From contig CAJFCJ010000007.1 of NCBI GenBank assembly GCA_904063045.1, positions 3,107,404-3,171,403 on the forward strand: 64,000 nucleotides of DNA. Direction: 5' to 3'. The notes below the pieces were generated by a model. That model was not told the DNA's origin. It made no database searches and saw only the letters and a program-made list of their open reading frames with translations. The stretch is from Dimorphilus gyrociliatus. Its lineage: Eukaryota; Animalia; Annelida. Both the position numbers and the translations under genes were made by a program. Below are positions 31,124 to 44,784 of this stretch, one piece after another; positions within the stretch are counted from its first letter, which is position 1; every line of letters begins with the position of its first letter.

Positions 31124-31765
31124 AGATAAACGCTAATTTATAAGAACTATTAAGTCTTATACAAATAGATTAATTATAGTTATGGTTATTAGAATATATA
31201 CAGGTATATATAATGTAAAGTATACTGTATAGAATGAGAGTGGGAAAGAGAAGAAGTATATTTTTGTTTTGCCTATTAAAGCAATAGTATTTCTTTTCTA
31301 ATTTAGAATTGAACGTTTATGACAAAAGCTTGTATACAACTTCTAAATAATTTAAATTGGATTCTCATAATTTAATTAATTATATCTGTATGTTTTCCTA
31401 TTTAAGCATTAATTATTAAATTAGGTTACACAAATATGTGGGCGTCTAATAGATACCGTTTTCTTTATATAACTTTTATGCGTTATCAATTACAATAAAA
31501 TATAGCATTGAACAAAAAGGTTAATGTGTTATTTTTTTTTCTTCTCTTATCATTAAGACAAAAAAGTTTAGGTTCTTTTTTTCGCATATTTGTTAGTTCC
31601 TGATTGGTTAAAAGTTTGATTAAGAACGATGCTGTGTAGCTTGTTAATTGGATAGATATATTAAATTTTTGGATAAAAATTTCCGTATAAACCAGTAACA
31701 ACGCTTGAATAAAGTTATTTTTTCATTTGTGTTGTTCTAATTTAGTTTTTCTCATGTTTTAAATT

Positions 31766-34563
31766 ATGAATAGAAACTTAGTTTTTTGTGGTCTATTAAT
31801 AATACTTGCTTTCTCTGGTGATTATATTTTAAATTATTCACTGATTGTAATATCCTAAACAGTTGTTTTTTTGATCTAATTAATTGATATAATTATTCCC
31901 TTGATGAATACTCAGGAGAAACTTTAGAATAAAACGAATATAAAATATTAATTATTTTGTACGTAGGTGCCGTTTTGGCAAATGAAGAATCCGAAGACAA
32001 TCCTGAAATTGACGCTGATATTGGACGAAGTAGAGATGGTTCGAGAACTGACGACGAAGTTATTCAAAGGTTCGTGAAATCCTTCCATATGGCTCCATCT
32101 GCCGATGCTATCACCTGAGATTAGGTGATTGTTTGATCTAGATAACATTTATATATATACTGTTATATACATATTTTAAAATATGTTCTATATATATCTA
32201 TATATACATGCGATAACAGGGAAGAAGAGGCGATAAAATTAGATGGTTTAAATGTTGCTCAGTTGAAACATATGAGAGAAAAAGCAGAGAAACATACATT
32301 TCAGGCGGAAGTCGACAGAATGATGAGGCTCATCATTAACTCCCTTTACAAAAACAAGGAAATTTTTTTGAGAGAACTAATTTCTAACGCTTCCGACGCT
32401 TTAGATAAAATGCGCTTCCTTTCATTGACCGACAACACCGTAATGGACAGTCTTGATGAACTGTCAATTAGGATTAGGGCTGATAAAGAGAATAATATGC
32501 TTCATATTACAGATACCGGTATTGGTATGACAAAAAGCGACTTAGTTAATAATTTAGGGACAATTGCAAAGTCGGGAACGTCAGAATTTTTAACAAAAAT
32601 GGGAGAGGCCGCTAACCAACAACAAATGTCCGATATGATCGGACAATTTGGTGTTGGATTCTATTCTGCTTTCTTAGTAGCTGATAAGGTTATCGTAACT
32701 TCCAAACACAACGACGATGACCAATACATTTGGGAGTCGGATGCCCATAGCTTTTCGATTATCAGAGATCCAAGAGGTAATACTCTGAAACGTGGAACGA
32801 CCATTTCCTTACATATGAAAGAAGAAGCTCAAGATTTCCTAGAAAATAGCACAATTAAAGATTTAGTTATCAAATACTCGCAATTTATTAATTTTGAGAT
32901 ATACCTATGGGAATCTAAAATGGAAAAAGTCGAAGAAACTGTAGATACAACTGCTGAAGAAGGGCAAAGCGTTGATGAAGATGGTATTGTTGAGGAAGTT
33001 GAAGAGGGAGAAAAGACTAGATTTGTAGAGAAAGCTGTTTGGGATTGGAAGTTATTAAATAACAATAAACCGATCTGGTCTCGCAAACCCTCAGAGATCG
33101 AAGATACAGAATACGCCGACTTTTATAGATCTTTTTCGAAAGACTACACTGATCCGTTAGCACATAGTCATTTTACTGCTGAGGGAGAGGTCACCTTTAA
33201 ATCAATTTTATTCATTCCAAAGAACTCTCCACGTAATATGTTCGAAGGTTATGGGAAGAAAATGGACCAAATTAAAATGTATGTTAGGAGAGTTTTCATT
33301 ACAGATAATTTTGAGAATATGATGCCAAAATATTTGGCCTTTGTAAAGGGTGTTGTAGACAGTGACGATTTACCATTAAACGTCTCAAGAGAGACGCTAC
33401 AGCAGCATAAATTGTTGAAAGTAATTAAAAAGAAATTAATTAGAAAAACAATTGACATGATAAAAAAGATGACAGAAGACGACTTTGACGCATTTTGGAA
33501 AGAATATAGCACTAATATAAAATTAGGCGTTATTGAAGACAGCTCAAATAGAACTAGGTTATCGAAATTGTTAAGATTTCAGTCCTCAAATTCTAAGACG
33601 ATCAAAACTTCTATTACCGAATATATTGAAAGAATGAAAGAAAATCAGGAATCGATTTTTTACATAGGCGGTTCTTCTAGAGACGAAGTCGAAAAATCTC
33701 CGTTTGTAGAGAGATTATTAAAGAAGGGTTACGAAGTCCTGTTTCTTACTGAACCAGTTGATGAATATTGTATTCAAAATTTACCAGAATATGAAGGTAA
33801 AAAATTTCAAAACGTTGCCAAAGAAGGCTTGAAATTTGACGAATCCGACAAATCTAAGGAAATGCTGGCTGCTACAGCAAAAGAATACCAGTCGTTAACT
33901 GACTGGCTAAAGGAGGATGCTCTTAAGGACAAAATCGAAAAGGCGACCGTTTCTGAGAGGCTTTCTAGTTCACCTTGCGCTTTAGTCGCTTCGTCTTACG
34001 GTTGGTCTGGCAATATGGAGAGATTGATGAAAGCTCAAACTTATCAGAAATCAAATGATCCTTCCACGCAAATCTATGGCAATCAACGAAAAACCTTTGA
34101 AATTAACCCTCATCACCCCATAATTAAAGAATTGAAAAGAAGAGTCGAAGAAGATAAAGAGGATCAAACAACAAAGGAACTTGCAATAGTATTATACGAA
34201 ACGGCTATACTGAGATCTGGCTTCTCCCTTAGTGACACTTTTGACTTTGCTCAAAGAATTGAAAATGTACTCAAACTATCCATGGACCTGCCAATAGATG
34301 GGAAAGCGGAGTATTACCCGGAAGGGAATATGAAGGAAGAAGAAGAAGAAGAAGAAGAAGGAGAGGAAGTAGAAAGCGAAGATAAGGAAACCATAGAGGA
34401 TGAAAATGATAATGAAAAGGTAAATAAAAGAAAGACATAAAAGAGAAGTAATAAAATATTCATTAGCCTATCGTAATGGATATTTATTCTTTGGTTTTAT
34501 TACTTATAAAAAGAAAATCCTTTTTTTTCTCTCTCTCTACAGCGCACCAGAATAGAATTATAA
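31766..34563 (+). CDS. HSP90B1: Endoplasmin / GRP94 (ER HSP90), 4 exons
   Basis: Signal-peptide exon at 31766, exon [18 protein letters not shown], main exon with [39 protein letters not shown]; terminal 21-nt exon 34543-34563 encoding RTRIEL*. Confidence 0.97.
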
Positions 34564-35238
34564 ATATAGCAAAGGAAACACTAGCAAGGAGTATCTATAT
34601 TTACAAATCGAACCTTTTAGTTTCAACCGTTTCTATGGGACTTTTTTGTTACATACTTCATCGAACGTTCAATCAAAGACTCAGTTATTTATAATAATAA
34701 TATAAATATTTGCTATCGATATGTGTGCTGTAGGCATGCAGGAAATAATCCTATTAATTAATAAAAGAGTTCTTGTACTTCAAACACGCCAGCTGTTTGT
34801 TAATTTTTAAGCTTGACGGTAACAAAAAATTATAAAACTAACTAGTTTGTTAACTTTTTTTTTCTGCTATTTTTTTTTTTGTTTATATTAGTGGAAATAC
34901 AGGAAAAGTAAAATTCTTTTCCAAACTTTCAACACTTAAAATAACAAATAGTAATATCAAATTGCAATCAAACTTTGGTGCACATAAACTATGTTAGTCG
35001 AGTGCATTAGATAAGACCTTTTAGCTATAAAAGCATCTATTTTAAGAGTTAGCAAGCCTGTTCGGACAACCCTTATATAAACTATACATGTATTTATTGC
35101 TTGTTGAAGTATTGATAAAAGTCAAATGATGGACACTGTAAAAAAGATATTCGACCTTAATTAGAAACATTTTCGTTTAGAGTACACAAGCGTGATCGTT
35201 GCTCACGTTCGCTAGGTTCTTTTAAGTCGAATCGAACC

Positions 35239-36225
35239 ATGTCAAGATTATTACAAAAAATCATAAAAGTTACAAATGTAACTCCTACAAAGTCCATTCG
35301 TACATGCAGTACAAATTTAAGTCACCAGAAATCATTGAATGCCGAAGAAGAATTTCGCGTATTAGAAATTCCTGGCTGGACAAAAGTTGAAGAATCGACT
35401 AAAAGGTATGTTAGAAGGAAGAGGATAGCTCCACCACCGAGAGCTGACAGCTTGCCAATGGACTCGGATTGGACAGATGTCTGGCCTACTGCAAGCTCTT
35501 TTAAATGGTCTGTTGTACCCTTCCCCATTAGGCAAGGGTATATTAGGAAAATGTGCGAAAACGAAGGTATAGTCCCAGGAAAGTACGGTAATGCCGAATT
35601 GATGAAGATTCCTAATTTTCTTCACTTAACACCTGCTCATATTCGAAAACATTGCGCTGCATTGAAAGCCTTTTGTACACCTTGGCCTAATGAATTGGAT
35701 ACTGATGAGAAGTGTCAAGTAAATTTTCCTATTAAAATAACAACTCGAGATTACTGTAAAGATGGACATTCCATTCGCGATGAACGATCCCGTCTGGTAA
35801 CGATGACAGTTGCTCTTAGCGATTTGGATTTAGATGAGCATGCCAAAGATAAGATAAAACGTTTGGTTGGAAACAGATACAATGAAGTAACAGATGTAAT
35901 TACGATAGAAACTGATCAGTGCCCTACAAAGAAGCAAAATTTTGATTATGCTTTTTACTTGTTAAGCGCTTGCTATAGTGAAGCATGGAAGACTGAGCAA
36001 TGGGAAAGCGATATTACTGAAGAGGACCAAGCCGGGTTCCGGTGGAGCTCTTCTGAATCTAAGTTAGCGGTTGATAAAGCATTGTCGGGAATGAAAAACT
36101 CTGACAATCAAGAAAATATCGTAAAAAATTATGCCGACGCTGTTAGTGACATTTTTAATATCGGTGAAAGTGAAGAAAATTACGATCGAATGGAAGACGC
36201 TGCCACAAAATTGTTATTTCGATGA
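35239..36225 (+). CDS. MRPS35: Mitochondrial ribosomal protein S35, intronless
   Basis: DWTDVWPTASSFKWSVVPFPIRQGY, NAELMKIPNFLHLTP, CPTKKQNFDYAFYLL. Confidence 0.92.
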   Translation: MSRLLQKIIKVTNVTPTKSIRTCSTNLSHQKSLNAEEEFRVLEIPGWTKVEESTKRYVRRKRIAPPPRADSLPMDSDWTDVWPTASSFKWSVVPFPIRQGYIRKMCENEGIVPGKYGNAELMKIPNFLHLTPAHIRKHCAALKAFCTPWPNELDTDEKCQVNFPIKITTRDYCKDGHSIRDERSRLVTMTVALSDLDLDEHAKDKIKRLVGNRYNEVTDVITIETDQCPTKKQNFDYAFYLLSACYSEAWKTEQWESDITEEDQAGFRWSSSESKLAVDKALSGMKNSDNQENIVKNYADAVSDIFNIGESEENYDRMEDAATKLLFR

Positions 36226-36377
36226 TTTAAAGGAAACTTAATATACAGATATATAGATACAAACATACATATATACAGTATAATATAAATAAATTTATGT
36301 ATTTTTCATATTTCTAATGAGATCAATATTGTCAATTGGTGAGAAATGTCTCTTTTTTAAAGCTTTCAATTATATTT

Positions 36378-39304
36378 TCATAAAGTGGCAGTAGCCGGTC
36401 TATTCAAAACCTTCGAACCTGAATCGGATATGGAATGATGTCTCTGAGAATGAAAATGCCGACCACCAACAACGAAAGCGGCTCTTCCTCTGGCACGCTT
36501 CCGTTTAGGCATAGCAGCTGATATGGGTCGTTTATCCGCACGAACGTCTATGGATAGTGATATAACTGGTGTCTGTTTAGATTGAACTCTGCCTAATGAT
36601 GACTTAGGTCTTTGATTCCAGCTTTTTGCTGAGTTTTCACTTCTTAGCGATGTGCAAGATTTCGGTCGAGATTTGTACGTGTTATTTGTTTGTTCTATGG
36701 GAGACGGCGTTGCGCACGTTCTGCAATCGCCGACGCAAGCAGGCTGCAAACATTGATCGCAGCACTTCTTACCGCTTGAAGTAGGCCTAACAGCGGGGGA
36801 AATGCCTAATCTGAGTTTGGTTAATTGAGAAGTGACGGCTCTTTGACGAGATGCACGCGCTCTTTCCCTCCGGGCATTCTCAATTTGTGTTGTTTTTATA
36901 GTTAGTTTCTGTAGTGCTAATAACCTATTCATCAACTTTTCTTCAACTTCATCCACCGGGCGAATATTCAACTTTGACCATGGTATTTCGTTCACCGGAA
37001 GTGACGCTAAACGACTTAAATCGATAGAGCAAGCCCCTTCACTTAGAGGATCTGGAAACTTGTACAATTCTTTCTTTTTTTCCGCCCTAGTTGCATGACT
37101 ATCAAGAGAGTATTTTGAGAAATCTCGTCTCTTTACCCGGACGACTTTTTCCATTGCTGTAGGTTTGACATCTACTTCTGAATGACTTTCGTCTTGTTCC
37201 GCTCGATTATCAGTGAAGCGTTTACAAGAGGATTGAGCCCGTTGACTGTAGTAGGATTGGGGTTGAATACAGTCCACCAATTCGAACATGGCCTCTGGCG
37301 TCAATTTATCGAATTCACCAACAATATCCTCTTCAGAACAGCTACTCAGGCTATCATCGGCATCGACCGCCCCAGATGTCGTCAGCGGAGAAGGCAAGGC
37401 GGTCGATCTTTCCCTCAAGGGTCTTGATGTCGCTGAAGTAGTTGAAGGTCTATAACTAAAACGGGGTTTTGTAGATGGTCTAAAAGAGTTTCTTGACCGG
37501 GAGCAAATAGCATCTGGGTCCCGTTTGCAGGAAGACGGTGTCATACTTGTAGTATCAGAGTCATACGGGAGCCAAACTTTTGATTGAAACGCTTTTAGAC
37601 TAGACGCTAATTGAGTACGATAGATGACTGGTACGTCCTGCCCGTCGTCATTCTGATAGAATTTCTGTGCCAATTTGTAGTAAATTAAACACTCGATCGC
37701 CTGGTAACGATAATCAATCGAGCTCAATCGTGCCCATTCGAATATTTGCGGACACTAATTGTATGATACACGGGTGTTACTCTTATAAAAGTTGATATAT
37801 TTACCTTGAATCCGGAACCCCGATACTTTGCGTTGTTTACATTCAAGTCGTTATGGACGCTTCGAACTTGATCGGCCAGTTTCTTAAATTCAGCCTAAAT
37901 CGAAAGAATAAGAGAAGAATAATAAAAAAAAATCTTAAAAAGATCGTTTTACGTTTCATTTATTGACTACCGCAACCCTTGCTTTAGGCATTATTTCAAA
38001 AAACATAGTGTTTTTTCTATTTCTTTACCGTCTCTTCTGTTCTTTCTATCCCTTCTTTTTCATTATACTTTATTATCTTATATCGTTCGGTTTTTATCAA
38101 AGAAAGATCAATGAAAAAAGGTTTAAATTGAGTTCTTACTGTTGGTACAATAACAGGCCATTCATTTTTTCCTTTGGCCATTGTCTACTCTCTCTGTCTC
38201 TCTCTCTCTCTCTCTTTTCTTTCTTTCTTTACATATATATAGATATAAAGATATGTAATATATATTAATATATAGATACATATATATATATATCTAGATT
38301 TATGTCTAGATAAATATATAAATATACAATATATTTTGTTCTCTTAAGCACTCATGCAACGAATGCGGCGTGCGAATGTATTATTGAAAAAGCGGCGTCG
38401 CTCGATAAATTTTCCACAATCCTATACTCACTCTTGTCATTCTATAAGTTGCTGGCTCTGTAAAAAAAAAAACAAACAAAACATAACAAACTAAAAGAAA
38501 AAATGTAAAAGATAATCATATATTAAAGATATAATAACAATGTGGGTGAAAAGAATACCGGAGTTAGAGAAAACGATAGAGGATTGATATAAATATATTT
38601 ATTAACTATAAACATAACTATACTGATCGCTTTCAGAAGGCCTATTTGGTATAGTGTGGCAACTATACAGGTATATGATTGCTCTTATATATATATATAT
38701 ATTATATATATATATATAGTTCTATCCAAGAAAAACGGAAATGATTAAGGCGTTTCTTCTATATTCTTTCTACCTTTCTTTTCTTTCTTTCTTTCTTTTA
38801 GAACGACTTTTCACAAACTTTATCTTTTTTATTTAAAAAAAAAACTGGAAATTTTTCACCTGTGGAAAAGAACTGCATTGTGTCTGAAGAGGAACTGGCA
38901 AACTGTGTCTATGGCCAATATTAGTTGAGCATATATTTACAGAACGGTCAATGTGCGACCGAATAGAACTTTTTTTACGGCTTTTCAATCGGCTTTTAAC
39001 GTCGCCGGTGAGAAACTTGAAGAAGAAGAAAGAAATGTCAACGTGGCCATTTGTTCAAATCTTAGAAAATAACATATACAAATAGAGCGATATAGAAAAA
39101 AATACTCTATATAGTATGAAAACAACATTAAAGATCTATGAAAGAGGATGTTAATTTACTAATCAATAAGTATTATATAGGATGATGCTTATAGAACTTT
39201 TGCATACCTGAGGTACATTGATAATAAGATGTGTATAGAGGGTATATTGTTTACAAACCTTCTTCAATATTCTCGTAAAAGTCCATAGTCGATGGCGGCA
39301 ACAT
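36378..39304 (-). CDS. Uncharacterised Ser/Arg-rich protein with a FAM217-like segment (4 coding exons)
   Basis: Phase-consistent splicing MLPPSTMDFYENIEE|EPATYRMTR|AEFKKLADQV...GFK|CPQIFEW... into the 449-aa ORF; LYKFPDPL...DLSRLA...EKLMNRLLALQKLTIKTTQIE resembles FAM217 by eye only. Confidence 0.65.
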
Positions 39305-39910
39305 CGAACTGACGTCGTTGACCTGCAACATTCGAGATAAATGTAGAGAGTTCGAATTGAAAATAAAAAGAAAAAAAATGAAAATCGATCAGAATTCGAT
39401 CTATAAATTGGACACACCTCGTAGCCCAATTGACGTTTCTTTCGACTAGTAGTCAACCTGTATAGTCTGATAGCCTCAGTAGTCATTATTCTAAACTGAT
39501 AGCCTTCATGTTCTCCATCGGTTTTGTGTATTTTTTTTTATTGTTATAATCCGCAACCGACAGAACGTGATTTGATTAATAAACTTGTCCAATTCTAGCT
39601 TATCTTATCTCTATCTATACAACAGCCTATTATTTAATCCGTTAAACTAACGTTGAAAAGAGGACTCTATACTGGTCGAAGTATTGTTTAAAAATGAGCG
39701 AATTATACATGCTCTTTTATATTATATTCTAAAAAAAATTGAATTATCCATTAATCAATAATCTTTAAGCTAATTAATCCTACTAACTACAAACGATTCA
39801 AACGAATAATTTATGAATAAAGATCATAAAGCATTTAAATAAACTGTTTTTTTCAACTTTTTGTGTTTGTTTTTTATAACTCTATTACCTATTCGTAATT
39901 GATGGATGTT

Positions 39911-39912
<2 letters not shown>

Positions 39913-39952
<40 letters not shown>
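39913..39952. repeat. (TC)n microsatellite
   Basis: Directly visible dinucleotide run. Confidence 0.9.
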
Positions 39953-39954
<2 letters not shown>

Positions 39955-41066
39955 GCTCTATCTATCTATGTATCATATATACTCTATTAATAAACTATTA
40001 TCTAATAGTTTGTTATAAAAGAATGGAAAGAATTTTTCAAATATTTTAGATAGGTAAATAAAATACCCTAATCTAACATAGTGAAGCGTTTATTTAAGGG
40101 CGGTATGCTCTTTCAAAAGCGTTTTACAAAAGCAAGTTCTATTAGCTTAAGTAACAAACGTATTATTGTTACTTTTTTTCTTTTTATCAATTTCCGACGC
40201 TTCAAGTGACGCTTTTCTTTCATTCTTTCAATTCTAAACTTTCTAATCACATACACGCGTAAATGCATAATACATATATCCTTGTCTAATTAAACATCAA
40301 AAAAAAAATAACTTCAAATAGGCCTAAAAAGTTTTTTTTATTGAGGGAATGGGGGGTATAGGGTTGGGCGAAAAAAAGATATAAATAAAGAAAAAGGATA
40401 CCGGAATTCTTCCAGTTCGATTGTAGAATAACGTCGTCTCCCCCATACTTATAGACAACTCTGCCCTTGACAACGGGAAATCGACTTAATAGGCTTAATT
40501 ACTTTCAAATACCAAGTGATTAGCCTAGCGCTTTGATTTCGCACTTCTTATAGACCTATGGTAATGCGGAAATTTTCTTGTTCCCTTTTCACGGATATAG
40601 ATATCTATAGACACGTATTTATAAATATATACTTTATATTAAGGGCATAAAAATGATGAACGAGACTAGACTTTCTACGAGATTATTGGATTCGGCGTCG
40701 TTTCATTGCCTATTTAATGTAGTAAGCATGTAGCGCCATCTACAACCCTCAGAGATCTAGGCCTATTAAGGAGATTCTTCTTAACGATTCGTTGATATTT
40801 AAAAGTAAAAGGTCGACTAGAGATTATAAACATTAGCACATGCGATTGATATTGATGGAACAATCTGGCTCAGTCTATTCATTATTGAAAGAATGCCAGA
40901 ATTTTTTCAAATTCCCCGGAGGAAAGGTGTGTCATGAAAAAAAACAAGAGACGGGGCGAAAAATTCTTTTTCATTTTGTCTAAATATTTTGGCAGGTGCC
41001 AAAGGCCTGAAACTGAACAGAGTTGAAAAGATTACGGCAATAGAAAAAGATAGAGAGATGGAATAA

Positions 41067-41108
41067 GTGAGTGAGTGAGTGAGTGATAGAGCGAGTAAGA
41101 GAGAGAGG

Positions 41109-41141
<33 letters not shown>
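41067..41141. repeat. (GAGT)n/(GA)n microsatellite
   Basis: Directly visible; accounts for the RERERE stretch of the track ORF at 41083. Confidence 0.9.
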
Positions 41142-41693
41142 CAATTTTCGAGGCACTAATCAGATAATGCGTAAAAAAAACAGATTGCTCTCGCTATCTA
41201 ACCATCGAATGCATATTAAAGCAGCTGTGTTCGAAAAACGGCCCTACACTTCATATGTTCTCACTTTCCCATTCGCGCAAGTCGGTCTAATTTCCAGCAG
41301 TAGGATAAACATTTCCCCCGGGTTAAAAGCACTCTACGCTCAACTCATCGGGCAAGACACAAAACTCTTATTTTTTTGTTTTTTTCGTAGAAATACTAAC
41401 TTTGTTCAAACAATTATAAACTATAACAAATCAGACTAGATCATCTTCATCCTTTTCCTCGTAAATCGTATTATAAGTGACCTTCAATTCGTATTTCAAA
41501 GTTGAGCCACTATCATTACTTTTCCATCGTATAATCATCATCCTAGCATAAGCATCATCCTCTTTGTCTTCTTTTCAATTATTCCTCTTCTTCAATTTAA
41601 TTAAATTAAATGTATTTTTTGATTAAGACATCTTTTTTTAACTGTTTTGATTTTATAAATGGTATAATCCTATTCCTAAGTCTTTTACAGAAA

Positions 41694-43239
41694 TCAGGCT
41701 AGCAAACCTAATCGGTGTATCTTTGCTGACAGGAACGTATGTAAAATAAAAACAAATGGTTTCGGGTTTGATTGTAGATCGAGTTCATATTGTGCTGAGT
41801 CAAAGTTTAAAGTAACAGTCCGTATCGAATCATCTTTTGATGAACGCAGACTTTCGAATTGATATTGCCACAGAACATTATCGCCTTTGCAGAGATTAAA
41901 TCCATTTTCGTAATGAACCGTTAGTCGGGCGTCGCTGCCGTTCCAATTAACGGAGCAAGACACCTCTTTAGCGGCTGCCGCTGCTCCATGGGCGCCATTT
42001 ACTAGGGCTCGTATCCAAGACGACAAATGTCTCTGGTTGTCGACGCGGAAGATGTGCGACTCGACGCCGTGACGACAACCCGTCCTAGTTCCAAACTGGA
42101 GAGAGTCATTAGAGCCGGTATGAACTATTCTAGTTGCGAGGAGAGGATGGGTAAATATTGGTGAAGACCACGAATCTGCATCTAATGGTGGTTTGTCAAA
42201 TACTATAAAATCCCTTTCAGTTACAACGGCAAACATCGCTTTCCAACATTCAACGTGCGACATTTTAGCTAACCAACCAACGTGCTTAATATCAGCTACA
42301 GCACCTTCCTTGGTCTCGTTCAATTCTAATAAAGCTACATGATTAAGTTCTGACACTGCACTATGAATTGCGGTGAACCATGAGAATGCCGAATCGGAAT
42401 CTGCACAACGAAATGCGCACCAATTTAGTCCGTCTGGAGCGTGTACTTCGAACATGTTATCGGCCGGCTCAGGCCATGAAAGATTTCGAGTCACGTAGAC
42501 AAGCTTCAATGGTAAATAACGTTTATCAACCGACGCGTACGACTCGTCCCTAATGCCCCAACCCATATCGCTTAAGGCGCTCGTTTTGCGAAAGTAGGGC
42601 GTTACTTCTCGTAAGTATTTCACTGCAAAGAGCCAACTTTTAATATAAAGGTTACGAAAAAAATAGCCTACAAACCTTCCAACTCAACCACTTTTCCCGC
42701 TCGTTTCAACGCTTTAACGGCTTCATCATGCGAAGCTTCCCTTAGGTCTTCGCTATTCACAGACAAAATAGCATCTCCGACAAATAACTGCTCCGTCTTA
42801 TCTGCAGCCATTCCTTTAAAGATTTTACTGATCAAAATCGGCATTTTATTTTCTTTACCCCCCTTAATACTTATACCCAAACCATTCGTTCCCTCTTTAA
42901 CAACTCTGACGATCCGTTTCTGACCTGTATTATCAAAACAAGTTAATTATTGTTTATCAACCGAACACTGCTGACGTTTACGAACAAATAAACAATGTAA
43001 GACTAAACAGGCTCTGTTTTATTTATTCTCTTACCAGCAATATTATCCGGTAAGCCAGAGTTTTCATGTGAATTTTCAAATGTCGTTCGACCATTAACAA
43101 AGCCGCTATCCTTGCTATTCTCGTCATCTTCTAATAATAAAGTTAATGTATCCTCTGATAAGTCTGCTTGCACTTTGTACCATCTTTGCCTCAGAAAAAT
43201 CTCAAGATTCCCTGATTTCATGATACAACCAGACGCCAT
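41694..43239 (-). CDS. SNTB1: Beta-syntrophin (split PH, PDZ, PH2, SU), intact copy
   Basis: [31 protein letters not shown]...GDAILSVN; [11 protein letters not shown]; C-terminal [22 protein letters not shown]. Likely start MASG at 43239; an upstream in-frame ATG lies at 43305. Confidence 0.93.
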
Positions 43240-43392
43240 GATGTCACGTGACGAGATACGTATCATGTGATCGACGGAAATTTTAAAACTTTCGATAGAT
43301 GGCATTAATATTCAATACGATTACTATCTTGAACACAATACCTGTGTTTAATCAAAAAAACATATCAAAGAGATGAAGTTTTAATACAAGGT

Positions 43393-44263
43393 ATGACAAC
43401 AACAACAACAAAACCTAAAGGATTTTCAAATTATTATTCATTAAATAGTAATGAATATAATAGCATCGAGGCAGATGCTATGTGTTGCTATAATTCTAAC
43501 ATAGGTAAGCCTCCTGATATCCCAAATAAATGAATGACTTAATAAGTCTTACTTATATCATTCACTAAATAAAATAAATAGAACCTCAAGGTTATGAAGA
43601 TGAAGGTCCACCGTCCTCTGGGACAACGCAAAGGCAAGAACAAGAAAGGAATCTAGCTCAATTAGCCGCTTAAAGACCGAGAAAGCAGGATTTCAACAAG
43701 AACGAATGAACCAGCTAACAACACTGAACCAGCCAACATTGAACTTACGCATAGGCATGGAGCTCGAAAAGTTACTGATTTAACCATCAATAACGGTGGT
43801 GGAAATGTAAACGTTGTTGTTGGAGACCATAATGCAGTGAATATTGGCAGCAGTGGCAGCAGCAGTGTTTCCCAGTCACCCTCTACGAAGTAATCATTAT
43901 CAGTTAGAAATAACTGGTAATACTATAAGTATACACTGCAGAGTAGTAATTCTTATTAATTACTTATTTATTGGCAGACAGTGAAGAGATGGTTTCTACA
44001 GGAATGGGACAATATGTATCCTCTAATTTAAGATCTCTATGGAAGAGAGTGGGGAGAATTTTAGGTCTGACAGATGCAGATTTGGATTATATTGACTTAC
44101 ATAACGAATCAGACTTCAGAAAATATTATGACACGATAAAAAGTTCCGTGAATCTCGGGTCAGAAAAGCTTCATATAGGCCATTGGCAATGGCACTTGTT
44201 AACGCCGACCCTCGATTATACGATTTGGCAGCTAGCGTTAGCCCAAACGGAATATCTGTTTGA
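43393..44263 (+). pseudogene. Disabled copy of the IMD/RIP-like RHIM-death domain gene
   Basis: Exon 1 open; exon 2 has GCT TAA plus a +1 indel at about 43670 and CAA>TAA at 43891; exon 3 is frameshifted relative to the copy at 46812-47098. Confidence 0.85.
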
Positions 44264-44335
44264 TATTCAGGCTAATTGCTTGTTAAGACATTAATATTTT
44301 ACATACAAAAATGTATTTAAAGCATAATTAATTAT

Positions 44336-44742
44336 CTAAGATATTATTGAGTCATTTAATTTCAAAATTGGCCTGCCTCCAGTACTTAGCTTTTTGTCCA
44401 GGGCGAATAGCATCAGACCTTGCGACCAACAACACCGAGCACTTCATTATGTTTGTTCGTAACAACCAACTGTCGTAGGCCTAACGTTCTTAATAAGATA
44501 TGAGCTCTGTGGAGCGAAAATGTACTGGGAATCGACATCGCTGACAAATTAACGTAACGAGTCTGTAAGGCGTTATAATAGTCATCGTATAATATATAAG
44601 TGTATATAAATATAAAATAGATATAAATCATATATCCCTTACTAAATCAATGACGTAGTTATTCGCTTCATCTCTGTCATAGGCGTCATACGCATCTTGC
44701 AAATTTTTGTGATTAATAATCGTTTTAGATAACTGAAATATA

Positions 44743-44784
<42 letters not shown>

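Noticed and set aside
30434-34563. Functional co-chaperone/chaperone cluster (AIP-like next to HSP90B1)
   Set aside because: AIP TPRs bind cytosolic Hsp90 EEVD; GRP94 is luminal and lacks it, so adjacency is probably coincidental.
41083-41439. 118-aa ORF
   Set aside because: Largely produced by the (GA)n microsatellite; no recognisable content.
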